A stretch of 60,660 nucleotides of DNA from an uncultured Gammaproteobacteria bacterium. GTDB taxonomy: Bacteria; Patescibacteriota; Patescibacteriia; UBA1558; 2-01-FULL-52-15. This document shows positions 9,094 through 17,700 of the stretch, piece after piece. The notes beneath the pieces were generated by a model that made no database searches, was not told the origin of the DNA, and worked only from the letters and a program-made list of their open reading frames with translations. A program made the translations under genes and the position numbers. The stretch is from the NCBI GenBank assembly GCA_964441335.1, contig CAYTUI010000002.1, positions 1 to 60,660 of the forward strand, in the 5' to 3' direction. The first letter of the stretch is position 1, and every line of letters starts with the position of its first letter.

Positions 9094-9133
9094 ATCCGAA
9101 TTAATTTAAAACAGTGAATTGTAACGCGATAAT

Positions 9134-9586
9134 ATGAATTTACATAGTATAAACGAGCTAGAAAAAATGGAAGCAATTTTTGAAACAATTATTGTTCCGA
9201 ACGGAGTGCATACAGTAGAAGATGTGGAACTAGCCTGCAAATGCTCTAGGCCGGAAGTTATTAAGACTTTACTCTTTATTGGTCGTAGGCCAGTTGTTGT
9301 TTTGATGACTGGTGATAAAAAGGTCAGTTTAGATAAATTGAAAGAAATCAGGGGTGACAAGTCGCTCCGACTTGCCAGTAGAGACGAGGTAAGTGACCTA
9401 ACAGGCGTCTTGGCAGGCACGGTTTCGCCTTTTGGCCTCGCAGAGGTAGATGTAATTGCTGACAGGAGGGTAATGGAGCTTGAATCACTGATTATGGGAA
9501 GCGGAAAAAGTGATACGTTGCTTAAGATGACCGGCTCCGAGTTTAGGAAATTGTACAAGGGGTCTTTTGAGGCTGTTTCGCAGTAG
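9134..9586 (+). CDS. YbaK/ProX-type aminoacyl-tRNA trans-editing domain protein
   Basis: About 150 aa with GTVSPFG and a general YbaK-like pattern; the antisense 168-aa ORF is low complexity. Confidence 0.7.
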   Translation: MNLHSINELEKMEAIFETIIVPNGVHTVEDVELACKCSRPEVIKTLLFIGRRPVVVLMTGDKKVSLDKLKEIRGDKSLRLASRDEVSDLTGVLAGTVSPFGLAEVDVIADRRVMELESLIMGSGKSDTLLKMTGSEFRKLYKGSFEAVSQ

Positions 9587-9632
9587 ATTAATAAATTTTG
9601 ATAATCGCACAAAAGGCAATTCGAAAATATAC

Positions 9633-10109
9633 ATGGAATTATCCAAGAAGAATATGTTCAAAAAATTTATCGTACAAATACAAAATCAATTAATATCTTT
9701 CCTTAAGGGATTATCCGATAATGGCGAGGTATCTTTGAAATATTTAGTCGCTGACTCCTGTAGCGAAATATCTAGACTCGTAGGTTGCTGGATACTAGCT
9801 AAATATCCAAAGGCAAATGTTTATGTATCAAAGACTTTTAAAAAAATTCCAAAGATAGGCTCGTATCATGACCTATTAATCGTTGAATATAAGAAGGAAA
9901 TATACATAATAGATCCGACAATTTGGCAAATAGAGTCGTGTAAAAGAAATATATTAATTTTTGTTTGTGACACAATTGATAATGCATTAGTGCGACTAAA
10001 GAAGTTATATGGCGAGAGTTGGGAGATTTCTGAAATGATCTCTCCAAGCAAGTGTACCGTCAGACAGCAAAATAAATTGAAATTGATTATAAAAGATAAT
10101 ATGTCTTGA
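9633..10109 (+). CDS. hypothetical protein
   Basis: ORF with plausible composition; ATG at 9633 chosen over the upstream alternative start of the ORF track. Confidence 0.5.
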   Translation: MELSKKNMFKKFIVQIQNQLISFLKGLSDNGEVSLKYLVADSCSEISRLVGCWILAKYPKANVYVSKTFKKIPKIGSYHDLLIVEYKKEIYIIDPTIWQIESCKRNILIFVCDTIDNALVRLKKLYGESWEISEMISPSKCTVRQQNKLKLIIKDNMS

Positions 10110-10172
10110 ATCCACGACATGAAATCGCAACAACAATTGACCTCCTTACCCAATCTTCTGTACCACATGGTT

Positions 10173-10198
10173 CTAGAAAAACTGTATTCTAGTTTTTT
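10173..10198 (+). terminator. weak intrinsic terminator
   Basis: CTAGAA-aaactgta-TTCTAG followed by a T6 run. Confidence 0.45.
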
Positions 10199-10285
10199 AA
10201 CCAAAGATGGTAGTTATGACTGTAGAAACAAAAAAAATGGGATAAAAATTCTCCCTCTATTCATACGTCGCCGTCTAAGAAAATA

Positions 10286-10498
10286 ATGATAGAGAATGTC
10301 GCTAATCAAAATTGGACAGACTATCCAATGGAGGAGAAATTTGTCGCCCTAATTATTGATCCGAAGTTTTTGAAAGCAAAAATCACTTTCACAGAGCAAA
10401 ATGATATCGTTTATCACCATATCTGGGGTGCTCTGCCGAAAGAATCATTTAAAATCATTAAAGTAGCACGTGATGGTAGCGGGAGATTTATATTATAA
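10286..10498 (+). CDS. hypothetical protein (70 aa)
   Basis: ORF only; co-directional and tightly packed with the downstream methyltransferase. Confidence 0.4.
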   Translation: MIENVANQNWTDYPMEEKFVALIIDPKFLKAKITFTEQNDIVYHHIWGALPKESFKIIKVARDGSGRFIL

Positions 10499-10508
10499 AA
10501 ATTTGCTT

Positions 10509-11033
10509 ATGCCTAATCCTAATTTCATAGAAGAATTTATTAGCAATATTAAACCCGGAAATAGGATTCTGGATCTTGGCTCTGGTTCCGGCAAGTATAG
10601 CCGAATGTTCGCTGACAAGGGAGCGCTCGTAACAGCGGTAGAGGTTAAGCCGGTTGTTTTAGTTTATGAATCTATTGCGAGTAAACAGATGACAGTAGCG
10701 GATTTCATAGCAGAGGATAATGCGCAATATGACATGGTATTTATGAGAAATATTTTGCAGTTTTTAGATAAGTCATGGGTGTTTGATACTTTGTTTCCAT
10801 GGATTGATAGTCATTTGCAGAAAGGCGGAATAGTGGGTATTGAGACGTTTTATAATAACCCTAAACCACCGTTTGATCATCCCATGAACTCACTTTATAC
10901 CGTACAAGAGTTGGTTGATCATTTGCAGAAATGGGAGGAGATTTTTTTGAAACAATACGAGCAATATCGTCCGGATATGGCGGGCAAGGAGAGGAAATTT
11001 TATCTTAGCAATTTAATAGTAAGAAACGTTTAA
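10509..11033 (+). CDS. class I SAM-dependent methyltransferase
   Basis: Motif I ILDLGSGSGKYS followed by the VTAVEV acidic loop; ATG at 10509 follows the upstream stop. Confidence 0.75.
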   Translation: MPNPNFIEEFISNIKPGNRILDLGSGSGKYSRMFADKGALVTAVEVKPVVLVYESIASKQMTVADFIAEDNAQYDMVFMRNILQFLDKSWVFDTLFPWIDSHLQKGGIVGIETFYNNPKPPFDHPMNSLYTVQELVDHLQKWEEIFLKQYEQYRPDMAGKERKFYLSNLIVRNV

Positions 11034-11267
11034 TATTCAGTTATGCCCAAGGTGAATTTTTATTACAATATTAAAGAAGACGCTCATAACTGGGCTTACT
11101 TTTTAAGTCTTAAGGAAAGCGTGTTTGGCATGAGTAAACAATCAATGTGGGGCAGTACTAAAAATGATTTAAAGAAAATTTTGAAGAACAAGAGTAAAAA
11201 ATAGATAGAGAGTTTACTTAGCAAGCGTTTTAACAATAAGGTTATAAAGTTTGAGACAGAGCAGTGT

Positions 11268-11747
11268 TTGTCAATTGTTAAAAAAAATTGGTCAAAGATT
11301 GAAAAAAAATATTTTAAAGCTTTGGTAGAAGTAACCAATAAACCAATTTATACCGACAAATTTAATTGTTCACTGACGACATTTGGTATGTGTCCATATG
11401 ACGTCAAGAAAAGTTGGTTTATGGTCAGCACCAGATATGATTTTTCTTATCAGCTGACGGTTATCGCCCATGAAATTATGCACCTACAGTTTATACGTCA
11501 GTATTATCAAGATTGCCGAAAAAAGGGTTTGTCCAGAAGTCAGTTTGAAGATTTGAAAGAAGCCTTAACTGTGTTGCTTAATACCAAACCATTTTCTGCA
11601 TTTTTGATAGCTGAAGATAAGGGATATGTTAGGCATCAACAATTGAGGCGATATATATTGAAGGTTTGGAGTAAGGATCAAGATTTTGAAAATTTGCTTA
11701 ATCAATCAATAAAATTTATATTAAAGAATAATCAATCAAACATATGA
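11268..11747 (+). CDS. hypothetical HExxH-motif protein
   Basis: HEIMH is the only recognisable motif; TTG start; the same frame is open back to ATG 11043 except for one TAG; stop overlaps the RHS start (ATGA). Confidence 0.55.
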   Translation: MSIVKKNWSKIEKKYFKALVEVTNKPIYTDKFNCSLTTFGMCPYDVKKSWFMVSTRYDFSYQLTVIAHEIMHLQFIRQYYQDCRKKGLSRSQFEDLKEALTVLLNTKPFSAFLIAEDKGYVRHQQLRRYILKVWSKDQDFENLLNQSIKFILKNNQSNI

Positions 11748-14700
11748 AAAAGCGAGATTTATACAGGGGGATATATACATTGGTAGTGACGGCTATGGTG
11801 ATTATGCCACTAACCCCGGTTTTGGCAGCTCCACGACCAATTGCTGTAATTTCTGATAATCCGGTGAGTCAAGTTGCGCAACCGGAAGTTGTGGCACCGG
11901 AAGTTGAGGCTGTGCCTGCCGAAATTAGCACGGAACCTGCTCAACCAGCTGATGACGCGGCTTTGATTGATATGGGGTTGCAGGCCGAGGAAACACCGCC
12001 TTTGGAACAGACCAGTGGTGGTGGAGACAGTCCGCTGGATCCTTATGCTAACCGCGATAACGCCGGCGCCAAGCCAACTAAACTATTGGGAGAGCATAAT
12101 GTTGATGAATTCAGCGGCGCCTTTGCTTACTCTTATCCTGTTAGTTTACCGGCCGGCAGAGCAGGATTGCAACCACAAGTAAGTTTGAATTATAACCATC
12201 AGCGACAAAATGTTGGCTCCATGGTCGGCTTTGGCTGGGAGTTATCAATGTCTAGCATAGAAAGAGACGGCAGAACAGGATTGGACAAACTATATACTGA
12301 TAATAATTTCCGACTGAATTTAAACGGCAACCACGAGCTGGTGGCCATTGATGTTGATAGTAATGGGTACGGGTTATATGGGAAGAGAATTGAGAGTGAT
12401 TTTCTGAAGATAGAATATAGTTCGGTAAATAAGTGGCTGGTGACTGATAAAACAGGTATGGTTTATACTTTTGGCTCTCAAGCCACCAGTCGTCAGGACA
12501 ATCCCAGTGATTCCACCAAGGTTTATAGATGGATGCTAGAGGAAATTAGGGATACTAATGACAATTTTGTCCGTTACGAATATTTTAAGGATTTCGGCCA
12601 GATTTATCCCAAGAAGATTTTTTATACCGGCAGTGGCACCACTGATGGAACCTTTGAAGTTTGGTTTGAACCGTTCGCTTCAGGTTCCCAGACTGAAAAT
12701 AACTTAGTGTCAATATCTGAGACCGCCGGGTTTACAGTTCAGACAAAATATTTATTGGACAAAATTGATGTTTATGCTGATGGAGTAAAAAGCCGGTCTG
12801 ATGACTTGAACTTTGGTCTGAACGACTCCGGTAAAAAATATTTATTGAACTCAATCACACCAAAAGCTTATAAAGATGCTCAAGAATATTCTAAAGACAC
12901 AGTGAATTTTGATTATAGCTATGAGGTGGCGTCATTTACACCCTCTGGTGATTATCAATTACCCAGCGGCTATGAGCTGTATTTGCAACCGGGCCTTGGG
13001 TCTTCCAGACGAGCTATGTTTATTGATTTGAATCTTGACGGTTATGCTGATTATATTAATATGACCTGTAATTCATCGGCTGTGACTGTTAATGTTTTCA
13101 ACAATAATACGACTGGTGGATGGAATGATGTTAGTAATTACGACACCAGCTTTGTTTTTTCCGGTTGTAGTCATTCAACTACCATTCCGGCGACTTTTGC
13201 CGAAATGAATGGCGACCACTATATAGATTTAGTTACTAATTCCGGTTATTACCCCAATACTGGTTCTGGCTGGGGAAGTTTAGTCGCGGGTTCTCTACCA
13301 GCATCTTTATTGCAGTCTACAACGAGCAACAAACCGATAAACTCATTAATTTTTACTGATTTAAATAGGGATGGTTATGATGACGCTTATTATAATCATT
13401 CAACCTCTTCGTTGGATTCGGCCGTAACAGCTTATATAAAGAATAAGACAACAGGTGTTTGGACGCAAGATAATGATTATAACATCAGTCTACAATTAGA
13501 TTATGCCGATTGTTTTAGATATGGAGGTACGCCATTTGGTTTTGCAGATGTAAATAATGATGGGTCAGAGGACGTATTCTATGATTATTATTGTCACCCC
13601 GAACAACATACAACATATTCCGGTGAAGTCGTCTATCTAAATAATGGCACCTCCCTTGCTTTATCTGCTGATTATGCTGCGCCAGCCAATATGAGTTGGT
13701 ATAGTATTTCGGCATATAATGGTCAAAATATTTCTTTCTTAAGTGATTTTAATAGAGACGGTCTACAAGATAAAGGAGGTTATAGCAGGGATCAATGGGT
13801 TGACGGAACAGGTCCTCATTCTTCCGGCGGTATGAGTCTATTGGGTGTGTCAGTTTTTGATACTGTAACTTTTGATGGATATAGCTATTTCACTAACGCT
13901 GTTCCAGTCGCGGTTGTTGATCTTAATGGTGATCAGGCTCAAGATGCTATTCATTCATATTCCGGTGACGGAGATCGTATATACTACGGTCAAGGAATTA
14001 AGAACGATATACTAACTAATATTGATGGTCAAAGCGGCGCGTCAGTTAGAGTTGCCTATGGCAATTCCTCTCAAGAAAAAGATTCTACCGGTAGTTTGTT
14101 GAATCCCAATTTGCCTTTTGACACGCAGATTGTCAAGGAAGTTGTAGTGAATGATGGGCAAGAAAATTTGACCGGTCAAAGTTATACATATTCCGACGGT
14201 TCTGTGGCTAGCTATACTAATGAAAATATAAAAGACGTTTATGGCTTTGGAAAGGTGACTAAAAAAATAGGCCAGGCTCTGGTGGATGTTGATTTGGGAG
14301 ATGGATCAGACGGTTCGTTTAATTCCAATATGGACTACATTTTTACCGCAGACAAAGATTTTACATATTTTACAGTAAATTCTGGACATAAAGTTACCAT
14401 ACAACCTGGGGTTAAGGTTAAAGTACAAGGGACAGCTACAATTAATGGCAGTTTATTTGCCAAAGGAACGGGATATCCCGAGCAAGCGGGTCCTGGAGCC
14501 GGTGCTGATGGGCAAATGTCAACTTATGGACCGTCTGGCGGCGGTGGTGGAGCCGGATTTGTTTTTAATGGCGAAAGTTCCGGAGGGTACGAGGGTCAGT
14601 ATATAGTTTCCGGAGGCGTGGCTTATGGTAATAGCGAGTTGGAGCCAGCACTGCGAGGCTCTGGGGGCGGCAAAGGTGGTTATAAGCAAGGTGAGGCTAT

Positions 14701-17700
14701 AGCTCGAGGCGGTTCCGGTGGAGGAATAATAATTTTGAATACTAAAAATTTAACAGTTAACGGAGAGATTAACGCTGACGGTAACGGGGGAGAGAGTTGG
14801 ACATCAACTGGTTACCAAAATAGTGGTGGCGCTGGCGGTGGTTCTGGCGGTTCTATCTATATCAGAGTGGCAGAGACAGCCAATATTGGAACTAATATGG
14901 TTCACGCGCGCGGTGGCGCCGGTGGTCTTGGCGCTTATGGTAATGACGGCGGAGACGGTTCTATCGGACGAATCCGGATTGAAGCGCCAACTATCGTCGG
15001 ATCCACAGATCCTGCCTATTTTTCACTTGGTTCTGTCGGTTATACTGTTGACGGGAACCCCGCGGATTCACAGTTAAGAGTAATTGAATCTGATTATCAG
15101 ACCGCTATAAATTCAGGTACTGCTTTGGATGATTCCTACTTCTTTCACGGCTTAAAATCCCGGGACAGAGAGTTTGATGTTGATGGCAATCAGCTGACTC
15201 AAAATAATTATAGCTACCAGTTAAATAATGTGGGTCAAAGTAGAAAATCTGCTTTATTAGATCTAAAGGCGAGCACAATTATTGACGAAGGTCAAAATTA
15301 TAGCAACGGCCAGCAATTTGATTATGATTTAAATAATGGCAATGTGCTCAATCAGGAAGACTTGGGTCATGTGCAAGTTAATATTAGTTCAGGACAAATA
15401 ACTGATCCTCTACTCGGTGACGAAAAAACCACAACTTATTCTTACGCCCTAAACGCCGATAAACATATTCTCGGCGCGCCTAAGACTAAAGTTGTTTCAG
15501 GTTTGTCGGAAACCAAAGATCAGGACTATTACTATGATCAGCTACCGCTCGGGCAAGTGAATAAAGTTAATCTGACGAAAGAGGATACTAAAGTGAACGG
15601 TGTTGATGTGGAAACTACCTATAATAGTTTGGGTTTGCCGGTAACCAAGAAAGATCCCAAGGAAAATACAGTGGTTACTTTAGCTTATGATAGCGCGAAT
15701 CTTTATCCGCAGACTTCCACCGATGTTAACGGCAGAATTACTACTACTGAATATGACCCAGTGACCGGACAATTACTGCATTCTACAGATCCTAACGGTT
15801 ATCAGGAAGCAAATGGCTATGACGCTTTTGGTCGGCCAATTTTGAAACAAGTTTCTGACCCAAATAATCCGGCTAATTTAATTACTGTTCAGGAAATCAG
15901 TTATGAAGATGTGGCTTTCCCCAACTATAAGGAAGTTAAGGATTATTTTAACTCAAGTCAGTATGTTACCAGCCGTGAATACTATGACGGGCTGGGTAGA
16001 GTTATCCAAAGCAAAAAGTCAGATGCCAGCGGACAGTATGTGACTGTGGCAATGGAATACGACAGTCAGGGTAGAGTTAAAAAACAATCTTTGCCGTATT
16101 TCAGCGGTTCAATCGCTTATTCGGCTCCGGTTTTCACTTATTCAAAGCAGTATACTTATGACGTTTTAGATCGGGTACTGACAGAAATTACACCAGTCGG
16201 CACAACTACTTATTCGTATGACGGTTTTACCACCACCATTACCGATCCGCGCGGCAAGGTTAAGGAATTGACCAAAGACGCCTATGACAATCTGGTTCAG
16301 GTTAAAGAGCATGAAGGAGCCGCAATTTATACGACTAATTATGAATATACCTTGACTAATAAACTGAAGAAAATTACTGACGCTCAAGGCAATGTTAGAA
16401 ATTTTGTTTATGACGATTTGGATAATCTAGCATCGCAGGACATGGTGCATAAAACATCAGTGGCCGACCCTGTTGACTGGGTTTATACCTATGATAACAA
16501 TGGCAACGTTTTAACCAAAACTGATCCCCGCAGTCAGGCGACTGATTATAGTTATGACAGTTTGAACAGAATTTTAACTGAAGACTTTAGCGGCACCAGC
16601 GGAGTGGAATATGATTATAATTACGATGAAGGATTGGGTCAGCTTAACAGATTAAGCAGTGTTATTGGCAATAACGACAGCGCTACTTATTATACTTATG
16701 ATTATGCCGGCAGGCCGACTCTGGTTCATCGGGTAATTGACGGTTTAAACTTTGATTTACAGTTCGCCTATAATATCAGGGGAGATGTCAGTTCAATTAC
16801 TTACTCTGAAAGACAGCGAGTGATTTATTCTTTCAATAACGGCGGACAAGTTAATCAGGTTGATTTAATTGATGACGGGGTGACTACAACTTTGGCAACC
16901 AATATTCAGTATTCGTTGACCGGCTTGATCAGTCATTTGGAACGGGGCAATGGTGTTACCACTGATTATACCTATGACCCGGCTCAAGGTTATCGCTTAA
17001 CTCATTTGGTGAGTCAGTTGGGAAGCGCAAAATTACAGGATATTAGTTATACTTATGATTCCAACGGCAATATTTTAACGCTGACTGATAATTCTAATAC
17101 TGATTTGGCTAAGACCGTGACCTACAATTACGACGACTTGAATCGTTTGGTTTCAGCTACTGTAACTAATGCCACAAGCGGTAATAATTATTCCCATACT
17201 TACAGCTACGACGCTATCGGTAATATGTTATCTAATAGCGCGGTTGGGCAATATACCTATAACAAAGACAATCCGCATCAGGCCGGACAAATTGGGGCAG
17301 ATTATTATACCTATGACGCCAACGGCAATGTTCGTTATATCAATAATGACCTTCATGAATGGGATTGGCGCGACAGAATGACCAAATCGCGTTTAGGCAA
17401 TAACGATTCTACTTATTATGTCTATGACCATAATAATCAGCGGTTGAAGAAATGGACGGATGTCACACCTCCGCCACCACCTCCGCCGCCTGTTCCTTGT
17501 CGCGGTAACTGCCCGAAACCTATTTTTGAGGGTTCTGTGGACGTCGGCTTTGAAGCTACTACAACCGAGGAGATCATAGAGGGGGAATTGGAGATGGGAG
17601 ATGGGGAAGAGGGAAGTGAGGATTCGGGAACTGGGGCTGGTGAAGCGGAAATTGGTAAGCAACCGGTTGAGGAAGTTCAACTATTGGATGGTTCGGCTGA

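Noticed and set aside
9106-9612. 168-aa minus-strand ORF, longer than the plus-strand ORF it overlaps
   Set aside because: It is Ser/Leu-rich and low complexity with no motif. The plus-strand ORF carries YbaK-type motifs (GTVSPFG), so the antisense frame is judged spurious.
11096-11338. 80-aa minus-strand ORF upstream of the HExxH gene
   Set aside because: It is Leu/Phe/Lys-rich, typical of an AT-rich antisense frame. The plus-strand frame is open across the region apart from one TAG.
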